The notes: generated by a model not told the origin, from the letters alone. Positions 48,084-58,740 are shown, counted from the first letter of the stretch. The stretch: 64,000 nucleotides of DNA from Chthoniobacteraceae bacterium (GCA_031409335.1 JANNWY010000307.1:78407-142406); one strand, 5' to 3'. Numbers and translations are program-made.

Positions 48084-48181
48084 GGCGCGCATCATTCCCC
48101 AGGATCATCGGCGAGAAAACCGCGCCTTGTCGAGTCGTGTTCCGCCTTGGCGCGAAACGGCGGGCCGGTTAGCGTCACCGC

Positions 48182-49075
48182 ATGAAATCGCTTTCGCGCC
48201 GCTCCTTCCTCACCACTTCCGCGGCCACTCTCGCCGCCGCATCCATTTCCCAGCGCCTCTCCGCCGCCAATGCCGCGACGGGATCGAAAGGCAACATCCA
48301 CCATTCCGCCTGCAAATGGTGCTACTCGAAAATCAGCCTCGATGAACTCTGCGCCGCCGGGAAACCGATGGGCCTCACGTCGATCGACCTGCTCCAACCC
48401 GCCGATTTTCCGACGTTAAAAAAATACGATCTCACCTGCGCGATGGTGAGCAACCCGACCGTCAAAGCACCCGACGGCAAAACGCTCGGCGGCATCGAGC
48501 GCGCGTGGAATCGCAAGGAGCACCACGATTTGCTCGTGCAAGCATATGAACCACAGATCGCCGCGGTCGCGGATGCGGGGATGAAACATCTCATCTGCTT
48601 CTCGGGAAATCGCGAGAAGCTGGACGACGAGAGCGGCATCAAGAATTGCGCCGAAGGCCTGAAACGGCTGATGGCGTTGTGCGAAAAACGCGGCGTCATC
48701 CTCGTCATGGAGCTGCTCAACAGCCGCGTGAATCACGCCGATTACCAGTGCGACAAAAGCGCGTGGGGCGTCGAGCTGTGCAAGCAGATCGGCTCCGCGC
48801 ATTTCAAACTGCTCTACGACATTTACCACATGCAGATCATGGAGGGAGACGTGATCGCGACGATCAAACGCGAGCATCAATTCTTCGCGCACTACCACAC
48901 TGGCGGCGTCCCCGGCCGCAACGAGATCGACGAGACGCAGGAGCTGAACTACGCCCCGATCATGAAGGCAATCGTCGCAACCGGCTTCAAGGGCCACGTC
49001 GCGCAGGAGTTCATCCCGGCCAGGCCGGATGCGATCGCTTCGCTGAAACAAGCTGTCGGCATCTGCGACGTGTGA
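48182..49075 (+). CDS. Hydroxypyruvate isomerase-family TIM barrel protein, Tat signal
   Basis: SRRSFL, MELLNS, LLYDIYHMQIMEGD and HTGGVPGRNE motifs. Confidence 0.9.
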   Translation: MKSLSRRSFLTTSAATLAAASISQRLSAANAATGSKGNIHHSACKWCYSKISLDELCAAGKPMGLTSIDLLQPADFPTLKKYDLTCAMVSNPTVKAPDGKTLGGIERAWNRKEHHDLLVQAYEPQIAAVADAGMKHLICFSGNREKLDDESGIKNCAEGLKRLMALCEKRGVILVMELLNSRVNHADYQCDKSAWGVELCKQIGSAHFKLLYDIYHMQIMEGDVIATIKREHQFFAHYHTGGVPGRNEIDETQELNYAPIMKAIVATGFKGHVAQEFIPARPDAIASLKQAVGICDV

Positions 49076-49247
49076 TCCGCGTTTTGATGCGTTTGCCCTA
49101 TGGCGGAGCGCCCTCGACCACGTCGGCCACGCAGCTTCCCAATCCCGGTGGATTTATCCAAAACCAGTTAGCGCTTATGGGGCAACGCCGTGGGTTGGCC
49201 TGTCTCAGCCCTTCGGGCTGCCGACACTGGCAGCTTACAAACACGCC

Positions 49248-49610
49248 CTAGAGCAAGGCGATGGCCGCGCACATCGCGAGCACGGCGATGGACGGCAGCG
49301 CTTTTTGCATCGGGTCTTTCACTTTCAAATGCATGACGAACGCACCCAGCATGAGCACTCCCAGGGCGATCGCCGCCGGTCGGGCCAGACCGGGAATCCA
49401 GATGGCCGCCAGTAGGGTCAGAGCCAGTCCGACTTTCATCACGCCGACCAAATACATGAACCAGGATGGCAGCCCGTAAGTGCCAAACTCCTCGCGAATG
49501 CTGATCGCATCGCCGCCGCGATACCGGGTCTTCCGGCCCGCGCGGAGGACCCATACATTCAGGATGCCGAGGGCGACGATGAGTTGCAAAACGATGCGAG
49601 CAGTTTCCAC
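49248..49610 (-). CDS. DoxX family membrane protein
   Basis: LNVWVLR...YRGG...EEFGTYGLP...MLGAFVMHLKVKDP; four hydrophobic segments. Confidence 0.85.
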   Translation of the reverse strand: METARIVLQLIVALGILNVWVLRAGRKTRYRGGDAISIREEFGTYGLPSWFMYLVGVMKVGLALTLLAAIWIPGLARPAAIALGVLMLGAFVMHLKVKDPMQKALPSIAVLAMCAAIALL

Positions 49611-49974
49611 GGTGGATGATTGAGCCGGATTTGACTCACCGTCATCTTGCCGCGCAGCCTCCGGACCCGCAAGCGAATCTCCCAACCGGCAAAAATGTCG
49701 CGGATGTCGCGCAGCCAATCCGGAATGCGATCCTGTTTGAATTTCCCGATGATGCTGTCGTGGCGGATGACCTACACGACAAGGATCGAGGCAGCACCAT
49801 CGCTTGCAGAATAATTGTCACGTAACCCATCCCGGATTCGTAGGACTTGCACGGTTGGTTTTGTAAAAGGTCGCAAGAGACTCGCGAAAGCACCTTCCAA
49901 GGCCGCAGACTTGGTTGCAGCGCAACTGCGAAACATTCGACTTTACGCCAAAACACGCGGAAAACTTTCCACTT

Positions 49975-50445
49975 ATGAAAACCTCAAAAACGACCAAGAC
50001 CAAGAGCCACTCTCAGCTATCCGGCAGCCTGAATCAGGTGCTCGCGGATTCCTACGCGCTGCTTTCCCTCACGCATCTCGCGCACTGGAATGTCGAGGGC
50101 CCCGGCTTCTTCGCGCTGCACACGGCGTTTCAAACGCAATACGAGGAACTCTTCATGGCGATCGACGAAATCGCCGAGCGCATCCGGTCGCTGGAAGCAT
50201 ACGCCATCGGCGGTCTGGGCAAGCTGGCTGGGGTCGCGCAGATGAAGGAATTCGCGGCCCCGCTCGCGCAGGAGGATTACGTGCGGATGCTGATCGCGGG
50301 GAATGAAAAGCTCGTGGCCGATGCGGCCCAGGCGCGCGATGCGGCGGGCGCGGCCAACGATCAGGAGACCCAGGATCTGATGGTCGGGCGCATCACCATT
50401 CACCAGAAAACCATCTGGATGCTGAAAAGCTTTCTCAAAGGCTGA
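49975..50445 (+). CDS. dps: DNA starvation/stationary phase protection protein Dps
   Basis: HWNVEGPGFFALH, DEIAERI and HQKTIWML motifs. Confidence 0.95.
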   Translation: MKTSKTTKTKSHSQLSGSLNQVLADSYALLSLTHLAHWNVEGPGFFALHTAFQTQYEELFMAIDEIAERIRSLEAYAIGGLGKLAGVAQMKEFAAPLAQEDYVRMLIAGNEKLVADAAQARDAAGAANDQETQDLMVGRITIHQKTIWMLKSFLKG

Positions 50446-50482
50446 TCGGCGGGCGCTGCGATGAGACGCACCGCGGGGAGCG

Positions 50483-51568
50483 TCACGCCAAGGGCGGGAA
50501 AACCCAAAGCGGGGGGCGGCCGACATTGCAATGCACCGCGCGGCCGAGCAGCGTGAGCGTCGCCCATGAGTAGTAGAGATTGCTGCGCGCGAGATTGCCG
50601 GGGATGAAACCGGACGCTGAATTTTCGAGGGCGCGGAGCCGCAGCGCGGCCGCGGGGATCGGGTAGAAGATGGTCTGCACCGTGGCGCTGGAACTGCCGT
50701 CCTCGCCAGTGAGCGCGGGGAAGCGCGTGATCCACGCGCGCGGATCGAGCCCGGAATCGGCGGCGGCGCGGTCGGCGGCGAAGACGACGCGGCGGCTCAA
50801 GACTGGCAGCACGAGCAAGCTGCCGAAGGTCCAGAGCGTCATCCAGCAGGCGTGACCGAGCAGCGCCTCGGCGCGCGCGCGCGTGGCGAAGCCGAAGACC
50901 ATCGAGCCAGTCGCGGTGCCCAAAAGATTCCAACTCAGGACGAGCGAGAAGGCGCGCGCCGGCAACCCGTTTTCGATCTGCCATTGCCGCCGACGGGCTT
51001 CCACGGCGAGTTCCGTTTTTGGCAAAGTGTCGCGCCAACTCGCGGGCAGCACGCTCACCGCCCGACGCCCGAATCCGACGACCCCGCCGGTGAACGCCGG
51101 GTCGTCCACCGCAGCGACGATCCCAGTTTTCCCCTCTTGGAAAATCTCCGTCAAGGAGGCGCCGCCGATCGTCTGCAAGAGCTGGCGGCGTCCCAGCGCG
51201 AGCGCGATCGACGCCAGCAGCACCGCCACCGCGAATCCGGAGGTGAAGATGAAACTCGCGTAGCTGAGAAGGCCCACGCCCGCCAGCACCAGCGTGTGCG
51301 CGAGCGCACCAGGAAACCAGCGCCGCAAAAAATCCGCGCTCGCGGGCCGAGGCGGCGGCATCAGCCACGCCCCGCCGATGAAATCAAACAACGCCTGGGC
51401 AGCCAGGATCGCAATGACGAGGAGCGCGCCGTGCCGCGCCGCGAGCGAAAACCCGTCGCCGACGGTCAGCCAGAAAAGTCCGCCAGCGGCGATCAGCACC
51501 CAAAAGCCGACATTGGTGATGCCGAGCCGCAGACGACTGCGGGCCAGCTTGATTTGATCGAAAGTCAT
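50483..51568 (-). CDS. Hypothetical integral membrane protein
   Basis: MTFDQIKLARSRLRLGI...; several TM segments; C-terminal RAVHCNVGRP. Confidence 0.75.
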   Translation of the reverse strand: MTFDQIKLARSRLRLGITNVGFWVLIAAGGLFWLTVGDGFSLAARHGALLVIAILAAQALFDFIGGAWLMPPPRPASADFLRRWFPGALAHTLVLAGVGLLSYASFIFTSGFAVAVLLASIALALGRRQLLQTIGGASLTEIFQEGKTGIVAAVDDPAFTGGVVGFGRRAVSVLPASWRDTLPKTELAVEARRRQWQIENGLPARAFSLVLSWNLLGTATGSMVFGFATRARAEALLGHACWMTLWTFGSLLVLPVLSRRVVFAADRAAADSGLDPRAWITRFPALTGEDGSSSATVQTIFYPIPAAALRLRALENSASGFIPGNLARSNLYYSWATLTLLGRAVHCNVGRPPLWVFPPLA

Positions 51569-51619
51569 CGGAACCACAACGACCCAGCCACAGCTCAGGG
51601 ACGCGACGAAATCCAATCT

Positions 51620-51679
51620 CCCGCGTCCGCGCCCGGCACCGCAACCGTTTCCCTCCCACCGATGCCATGACCTCGACCA
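51620..51679 (+). repeat. Diverged ~60-bp direct repeat C, copy 1
   Basis: CCCGCGTCCGCGCC...CCGATGCCATGACCTCGACCA; matches 55564..55622. Confidence 0.75.
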
Positions 51680-51701
51680 GCACGCCGTGAAGCGCGCCGG
51701 C

Positions 51702-51983
51702 GAGTTGCTCCGCAATTTCCAGGTTCGGCACGGTCGTCGCAAACTCGGTCGTGACATCCAGCAGACCGCTTTCCGGGATTGGAAGATCGAGGTCGGAAGC
51801 AAATTGCGACGCCATGATTTCGCAGACAAGTCCCGTGGCTGCGCGTTCGCCGCTGCCCCGGAGTTTGAGGTAAAACTCCGCTTCCTCCCCACGCACGTCC
51901 TCGCAGAAAACCAGGCAGGGCTTTGTGCGGGTGTTCTCCACCCGTTTGTGAAAACGGGCGACGGTGTAGCGTGCGAGGCTCAT
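51702..51983 (-). pseudogene. HipA-family kinase N-terminal fragment
   Basis: RTKPCLV...EFYLKL...GLVCEIMASQFASDLDLPIP. Similarity ends at about aa 94, before any catalytic loop. ATGA-coupled to the R-M gene. Confidence 0.65.
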
Positions 51984-54900
51984 GAGAAAAGATCGCCCGT
52001 CGAATCATCCGCATTCTTCCGCGTCGGTTTGGCGATGGTTTCCAGCGCGCCACTTGCACTCAATTCTTCGGCGGTGATCGTCGGCCCGGTGCAAATCTTC
52101 TCCAGCAGCGCGGCTTGCTGCGGCTCCATTTCCACCAGCCAGCCGAGCACGTTCAGCACGTTGATCAGCTCGGTGGTGTATTCGGCGAGCCAGTGGTCGG
52201 GCTGGATCTGGCCGAGCGGCGAGGGCGGGCGGCGGTCGCCGATGATCGGGCGCTCGCGGTCGCGCTTCCGGTAGCTGAACCATTGCAGCAGCACCTGCTT
52301 GCCGGAGACTTCGTAGTGCCACACGGCGGGCGGCACGTTCTCCACGTAGCCGCTGCCGATCGACAGGCGTTGTTTGCCCGCGTCGTAGCTGAGCGCATCC
52401 GGCATCGCTTCCGGCGTCTGTGGGATCGCGCCGGCGGCGGGAACGCGCGGGCGTTTCGCTTCGGGCAGGCGCGGCGGTTGGGCGGGGCGTCCGTGGTCGG
52501 GATCGGCCAGGCGTTCGCCGAAGGTGTGCAGCCAGATGACGGTGCGCCCGAGCGCGACGGCGGCGGTGAAGGTGGCGGCGTCGGCGGTGAGCGGGAGGCG
52601 CAGGCCGGGCGTCGAGAGGTCGTCTTGAAAGCGCGCGGTGAAGGCCGGGTGCGCGGCGGTCGCGGCCACGTAGGCGAGGAAATCCTCGGCGCTCACGGCG
52701 CAGCCCAGGCGCTGCGCGAGGCAGGGCAGCAGCTTCGGCGGAAGATTCGCGCTGCTCGCGCCGGCATCGCGCCAGAGCGGGAAGACGCGGCCACCGAACG
52801 AGCCTTTGTAGTGATCAAGATCAGGATTGAGGCCGGTGATTGTGAGCGCGGGGCCAGAGGACGGCGACGTGCGCGACATGGCGGTGAGATAAACTTGGCG
52901 ATCCGAGTGCATGCCCCACAGCTCGGGGTTCGGACGGTTGATCAACCGGTTGTCGGGAATGATCCACTGCCGGCGAATGACCGATACCCGTAGCGCACTG
53001 GAGCAATGCACCCGCCGGTTTCGTCCGCGACGGGTTTTGGTCGTGCTTCATAACCGGGAAGACCTTGTTTCACGACGCGTTGACTGTGCCTGTCACCGAG
53101 CTTCCCGCCAGAAAGGTGCGGCTGGAAAAGAGCGTCCATCTCGGATTTCGGCGACGCGATGAGTTTTCTCCACCGCTTCTCCAACGATTCAGAATCCGGC
53201 GCGATAATCCATGTGCGCCCCGGCATCGATCCCGAGCCGTTGTAGATGAAAAGGTCTTCGAGTTTCGGAAACGTCGCCCACGCGCCCGTCGAGGCTGGCA
53301 GGAACGGCGCGCGCCAATCGGTCGGGCAGTCGATCCATTCGCCCATGCCGATCCGCAGTTCGCCGAGCGCCTTGAACTTCTCCGTGCGATGGCCGGTCGG
53401 CAGCGCGTGGAAGCGCACCTTCGCCGGCACGCTCGGGTCGCTCTTCGCCGAGCGCGAGGCGAGCACGATGCAGACGGGCTGCTGCACGCCCTGGAAGATG
53501 CGCGTGTTCACCTCCGGCTGATGCCCCTCGGGCGAGCAGTCGATGACCCAGATGTCGTCGCAGGTGCGCCGGAGGTAATCGCGCATCTTTTGAAAACCCG
53601 GCCCGCCGAGGAAGCCGGCGACGGTGATGTAGCAGACGATGCCGGCGCGGTTCGCGGGGTGGTGATCGAAGACCTTCCACGTCGCCCAGCGCCAGAAGTA
53701 GATGTAGAGATTGCGCAGGTGCTTGCTGTGCGCGCCCGCGCCCCACTCGCGCGGCGGCATCCACTCGGCGAGCGGTGCGGTTTTCTCCGCCGCAGCGTCT
53801 TCGCCCTCGATCCAGCCGCCGCGGCCCTTGGCCTTTTCTTTGTAGGGCGGGTTGCCGAAGACGACGGTGACGGGTTCGTCGCGCTTGATCTTGTTCGCGG
53901 CCTTCCGCGACTGCGCGATGGGCGCGAGCATCCCGGGAATCCAGCCTTCGTCGTCGTCGGGATTTCCGAGCGTATTCGTGACGAACATGCGCACGGACTC
54001 CTGCGGCACCGCGCCGGTCAGCTCGACGATCTCGGCGAGGATGCGGAGCTGCGCGACGGCGAACGGACCGAGCTGCATCTCGAAAGCGATGAGCCTTTTC
54101 ACCGCCGCGTCGATCGCGCCGCGGACCGCGCCCGCGCCTTCATCCGCCGCGATGGTCTCGGCGATTTTGCGCAGCACGCCGAGCAGGAAGGTGCCGGTGC
54201 CCGTGGCCGGATCGACGAGCGTGACGACGGGCGAGGCGAGGCCGGCGTGGAGCTGGAAGCGGTCGCTGCGCAGCACGTCATCGACGAGGCGGACCATGGC
54301 GCCGACGACTTCCGGCGGGGTGTAGTAGGAGCCGGTGAGCTTGCGCAGCGCGCTGTCGTAGATCTCGAGAAAGTCCTCGTAGAAGTAGAGCCACGCGTCG
54401 GGCTGGCCCTTGCTGACTTTGCTCCAGTTCACGGCGTCGAGCACGCGGGTGAGCGTGCCGAGCGAGGTCTTGAGCGTGGCCTGATTCTCGGCGTTGTCGG
54501 TGAGCAGGCGGAGCGCGGCGCCGATCAGCGAGTTCGATTTGGTGAGTTCGTTGGCGACTTGCTGGAGGCCGGTGGTGAGCGGGATGTCCTTCGCCCGCGC
54601 CATGAGCAGGCCGAAGGTGACGGCCTGCGCGTAGCCGTCGGCGAACCGCTCGTCGGTGGCGTCGGGGAAGAGCAGCTTGCGCCAGTCGGTGGCGAGGGCG
54701 GTGAGGGCTTCGCTGCCGAGGGCGAGTTGCTCGGTCACTTCATCGCGGAGGAAGCGGCAGAGGCGGGCGCTGATGTGGGCGAGGTCTTTGGCGCTGCGCG
54801 GCGGGATGGGTTCCCAGCGGAGGAAATTCTCGAACAGCGCGAGCAGGCCGGGCGGCGCAGCGAGTTTGTCGCCGGAGCTTTCGATGTCGCCGATGAGCGT

Positions 54901-55308
54901 GACGACGGCATCGACCAGTTCGCCGTTTTGCCAAAGGCTGAACGCATTGCCGTCGGTGTAGAGGACGTTTGGCAGCGAGCGCAGCTTTTCCCACTGCGCC
55001 TTGTCGTGCGGGTCGCGAAACTTGCGCGGATCGCCACCTTTGCCCGGCGCTTTCAACTCCACAAAACCGACGAGCGCGTGATGGACGGTGATCGCGTAAT
55101 CGGGCCGCGTCTTCAGTTCGCTGAGTGACGATTCGCCGACGGCGGTGACTTTCGCGCGCGGGATGTTCGCGAGTTCCGCCATGTCGCCGAGCAATTGCTC
55201 GAAGGGCGCGCGGAGCTGGTCCTCCGGCTCGCCGTTGGCCGCTATATTGGAGAGTTTCTGTTTAGCCGCCGCACCAAACGCAGCGATCGCTGGGGAGGTA
55301 ATCGGCAT
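51980..55308 (-). pseudogene. Type IIG/ISP-like single-chain restriction-modification enzyme (N6-adenine MTase), split by a 1-nt frameshift near 52973
   Basis: RPDY..VELKAP nuclease, YYTPPEVV, DPATGTGTF and GNPPY motifs. YGYRSF continues as RQWIIPD in another frame (type ISP C-terminal specificity domain). Confidence 0.85.
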
Positions 55309-55496
55309 TATCGGTTGCGAGCGGCGCGGCGGGGGAAGCGCACATGGAACGAAATAAAGTTGTCGCCCTCGACGATGAGATTGCCCTCGCCCGGCGCGCC
55401 GCAGCCCAGCTCGGGCACGTCGTGCAGCAGGTCAAACGGCACCTGCAAATGGTGGTTCACCACCGCGTCTTTTCCAATCCAGTTCAGCGTGGGCAT
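55308..55496 (-). pseudogene. N-terminal stub of a type III R-M Mod methyltransferase
   Basis: MPTLNWIGKDAVVNHHLQVPF...NLIVEGDN, then similarity breaks off. Confidence 0.75.
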
Positions 55497-55563
55497 GAAC
55501 CGCGCATCCTTGTCCGCCGTGCCGCCCCCGGCAATGCCCGAGTTCGAGCGTCTTCTGCAATTC

Positions 55564-55622
55564 CCCGCGTCCGCGCCACGTTCACCAGCCGTTCTATTCT
55601 GCCGATGCCATGACCACGACCA
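55564..55622 (+). repeat. Diverged direct repeat C, copy 2 (covers the start of the 55610 gene)
   Basis: CCCGCGTCCGCGCC...CCGATGCCATGACCACGACCA. Confidence 0.75.
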
Positions 55623-56017
55623 CCTCCGCGCCGCGCTGGATGCGCAATGTTCTCCTCGCCGCGGGCGCTTACAATGTGCTCTGGGGCGCGTTCGCCGTGC
55701 TCTTTCCGAATGTGATCTTTCGCTGGCTCGACATGCCGCTGCCAAACTACCCGCAGTTCTGGCAATGCATCGGGATGATCGTCGGCGTGTATGGGCTCGG
55801 CTATGCCATCGCCGCCTTCGATCCCGTGCGCCACTGGCCCATCGTGCTCGTCGGTTTTTTGGGAAAAGTGTTGGGTCCGCTCGGGATGGTGGAAGCGTTG
55901 TGGACGAGCGCGCTGCCGTGGGGCTTTGCGCTGAATTGCGTGACCAACGACCTCATCTGGTGGGTGCCTTTCGCGCTCATCCTGAAACACGCGTGGGTCC
56001 GCAATACCGCGGCATGA
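55610..56017 (+). CDS. Small membrane protein (domain type also seen fused to peroxiredoxin-like proteins)
   Basis: LLAAGAYNVLWG, WQCIGMIVGVYGLGY, GKVLGP and NDLIWWVPF motifs. Confidence 0.8.
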   Translation: MTTTTSAPRWMRNVLLAAGAYNVLWGAFAVLFPNVIFRWLDMPLPNYPQFWQCIGMIVGVYGLGYAIAAFDPVRHWPIVLVGFLGKVLGPLGMVEALWTSALPWGFALNCVTNDLIWWVPFALILKHAWVRNTAA

Positions 56018-56427
56018 CGACCCTGCTCGCGGTTCACGCCGCGGCGACGTGGGCGCTCGTCGGCCTGATCTGGACGGTGCAACTCGTCCACTACCCGCTC
56101 TTCGCGCAAGTCGGCGCCGACGCCTTCCGCAGCTACCACGCGCGCCACACGCGGCAGATCACCTGGATCGTCGCGCCGCTCATGGCGGTGGAACTTCTCA
56201 CCGCCATCCTGCTCCTCGTTCGTGGCGCGCGCGAGCCGTGGCTGCTCGCGAGCTTCGTCCCGCTGGCGTTCAACTGGCTCGCAACCTGGCGCGTGCAAAT
56301 CCCGCTCCACAACCGCCTCGCCGCCGGCTTCGACGCCGACGTGCATCGCCAGCTCGTGGCCACGAATTGGTGGCGGACGGCTGCCTGGAGCCTGCGCGGC
56401 GGCTGCCTGCTCCTTGGCTTCTCCTGA
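56014..56427 (+). CDS. Conserved membrane protein
   Basis: GLIWTVQLVHYPLF...QIPLH...LVATNWWRT; ATGA overlap with the upstream gene. Confidence 0.8.
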   Translation: MTTLLAVHAAATWALVGLIWTVQLVHYPLFAQVGADAFRSYHARHTRQITWIVAPLMAVELLTAILLLVRGAREPWLLASFVPLAFNWLATWRVQIPLHNRLAAGFDADVHRQLVATNWWRTAAWSLRGGCLLLGFS

Positions 56428-56448
56428 CCCTGCGCAAACGATTTGATC

Positions 56449-57402
56449 TCACCGCTTCCAGCGCGCCGCGTTCGCCGGCCGTGCCTTCTTCGTCCGCGCC
56501 ACGACCGTCCTCGCCAACAGATTCACAGCGGGATGTTCGATCCGTCGTTCCGCGGTGATGAGATAGAGTTGGACTTCGCACGCCTCCGTCTTTCCCACCG
56601 AGATAAAGCCGTAGCGCTCGATCGCTTCCGCAGCGACGACAGTGGGCACGACGGTGATGCCGACGCCCTCGGTCGCCACGATCTTCGCCAGCGCGGCATC
56701 CTCAAATTCGCCAACCACCACAGGCTCGACCCGCACCGTGCGGAACCATTTTTCCAAGTCCCGCCGCAGCGCGGTATTCTGCGTGGGCAGGAGCATGGGT
56801 GCGCCATGAAGGTTTCGGGGAAAGCGGCCGGCCAGCTCTCGCGCCAGCGTCGGCGCGGCACAAAAGGTGACCCCACTCACCCCGAGCGGATGGGTGAAGG
56901 TCTTGACCTTGCTGCCCGATGGAGGCGGCTCGTCGGCGAGCACGGCGTCGAGCCGATGCGCCGCGAGTTGCCCGAGCAAATCGTCGAGCTTTCCCTCCCG
57001 GCAACTGACTTGCACGGTCGGCACGTGCGCAAAGACGGGGCGCAGGATGTCGAGGCTGAGCAGCTTTGGGAAGGAATCGACGATCCCCACGTGCAGCCGC
57101 AGCGTCCGGGTGCTCGGCGCGCGTTTGGCGATGGTGAGCAGCTCCCGACCCAGCGCGAGAATCTCATCGGCATAGCCGTAGATGAGCCGTCCAAAATCGG
57201 TGAGCACGATCGAGCGACCGCTGCGCCGGTAAAGCGTTTCGCCGAGGGCTGATTCGAGCTGCTTTACCTGCGTGCAGATCGACGGTTGCGAAGTGCGCAA
57301 CTTCTCCGAAGCGCGCCGCACGCTGCCCTCCCGGGCCACGGCGTGAAAGTAACGGAGGTGATGATAGTTCAGCCATTCGTCTGCTGGATTCTTGGATTCC
57401 AT
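56449..57402 (-). CDS. nhaR: LysR-family transcriptional activator, NhaR subfamily
   Basis: WLNYHHLRYF, YGYADEI, CREG, HRLDAVL, EFEDAAL and ERRIEHPAV, as in NhaR. Confidence 0.85.
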   Translation of the reverse strand: MESKNPADEWLNYHHLRYFHAVAREGSVRRASEKLRTSQPSICTQVKQLESALGETLYRRSGRSIVLTDFGRLIYGYADEILALGRELLTIAKRAPSTRTLRLHVGIVDSFPKLLSLDILRPVFAHVPTVQVSCREGKLDDLLGQLAAHRLDAVLADEPPPSGSKVKTFTHPLGVSGVTFCAAPTLARELAGRFPRNLHGAPMLLPTQNTALRRDLEKWFRTVRVEPVVVGEFEDAALAKIVATEGVGITVVPTVVAAEAIERYGFISVGKTEACEVQLYLITAERRIEHPAVNLLARTVVARTKKARPANAARWKR

Positions 57403-57471
57403 AAAAGCTCACGGTAGCTGCGAGATTGCGTCTTTGTCGAATCCGGATGTCGCAGTGAAAGTCGGCGCTCC

Positions 57472-57825
57472 ATGAAATTCATCCTCACTCACCGCCACCA
57501 TCAACCCTCGCCATCCTTCATCGCGCTGATTGAACAGCGTTTGGAATCGCTGCGCGAGGCTCTGCAAATCGACGAAGCTCGCGTAATGATCGAGCGCAGG
57601 CTCGAAGAGAGCCCTCCCTTCCGGGTCTCGGCGCATCTTGTGACGCCAGGGCCGGACGTCCTCGCGGAAGCCGTCGATCACACCTTGCGCGCCGCGCTGG
57701 GCAAGCTGTTCGGAAAGCTCGATGAGCGCATTGATCACCGCCACGAAAAGCGCGTCCGGAGCGGACCCAATCCAATCAAGAAGACTTCGCCCGCGCCGCG
57801 TGCGCCGGTCGGCGGACGGACCTAG
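57472..57825 (+). CDS. HPF/RaiA-like ribosome-associated protein
   Basis: Short basic protein with HPF-like pattern (...VSAHLVTPGPDVLAEAVDHTLRAAL...). Confidence 0.7.
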   Translation: MKFILTHRHHQPSPSFIALIEQRLESLREALQIDEARVMIERRLEESPPFRVSAHLVTPGPDVLAEAVDHTLRAALGKLFGKLDERIDHRHEKRVRSGPNPIKKTSPAPRAPVGGRT

Positions 57826-57866
57826 ATCACCAGCAACTCATCTCAACAGACACGCCTGCCGAACCT

Positions 57867-58316
57867 ATGAAAAAATTGAACCCGACCCTTTCCTCATACA
57901 TGAACTACGTCTCCGAAGAGGGGCTGAATCTCGATCGCTTTGTCGAGCACGGCGGCCGGATACTCGGTCCGGACGAGGCACGCGGTCTTGCGGACGGCTC
58001 CGACGATCTTCGCGAGAAGATCAGCGACGTGCGCCGCGCGCATCCATTGCTCGCGCGGCAACTCGAATTCCTCGCGAGTTTCTTCGAGGCCGCTCCGCCG
58101 GATGTGTCCGAGGACGTCCGCAATGAAACGATCTTCGCTCTGCTCTACGCCGCGAAAGACATGGACATGATGCCGGATGACATGCCGGAAGTCGGCTATC
58201 TCGATGACGCTGCCGTCACCGAAAGCGTCCTCTCGCGGCACGCCGATGTCTTCGCAGAATACTGCGCCACGCACGACCTCGAGTGGGCCGCATTGAAGCC
58301 CGAAACTCGCCACTGA
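57867..58316 (+). CDS. DUF1232 (YkvA) family protein
   Basis: ALLY...DMMPDDMPEVGYLDDAAV. Confidence 0.8.
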   Translation: MKKLNPTLSSYMNYVSEEGLNLDRFVEHGGRILGPDEARGLADGSDDLREKISDVRRAHPLLARQLEFLASFFEAAPPDVSEDVRNETIFALLYAAKDMDMMPDDMPEVGYLDDAAVTESVLSRHADVFAEYCATHDLEWAALKPETRH

Positions 58317-58347
58317 AAACTCTTCACCACGCACTTCCCGATACTCC

Positions 58348-58677
58348 ATGCATCGGTCCTTCACAATTGGCCGAATGCTCGGCATCGACGTGTTCCTGCA
58401 CGTTACCTTCCTACTCGTGCTCGGCTTCATCGCGATCACGCATTGGTTCGTCCATAGTTCGCTTGCCGCGGTCATTGGCGGCGTCGGCTTCTTCGTCGCG
58501 CTTTTTGCCTGTGTACTGCTGCATGAAAATCGGCACGCCCTCCTGGCGCGACGCTTTGGCATCGCCAGGCGCAACATCACGCTGCTGCCCATCGACAGCG
58601 TGGCGCGCCGGGAGCGCGGTGCCGAGCCGCCTCCGCTGCCGCTCGACGCTCGTATAAGGTTTCTCGCCCGTCGTTAA
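58348..58677 (+). pseudogene. Truncated site-2 protease (M50) remnant
   Basis: GIDVFLHVTF, LLHENRHALLARRFG (degenerate HExxH context) and ITLLPIDSVAR (normally LLPIGGVAR). Ends before the NxxPxxxxDG motif. Confidence 0.75.
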
Positions 58678-58740
58678 CAGAAAACCCGCGCCATGTTCGC
58701 CCATCACGGAAGGCATTGGCGCACCAACTACAAATTCATT

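Noticed and set aside
49616..49825. 69-aa ORF / imperfect stem-loop (~49747-49802) between doxX and dps
   Set aside because: No recognisable family or RNA motif; may be chance.
52960..52990. Phase variation or programmed frameshift of the R-M gene
   Set aside because: No simple-sequence repeat or slippery heptamer at the break.
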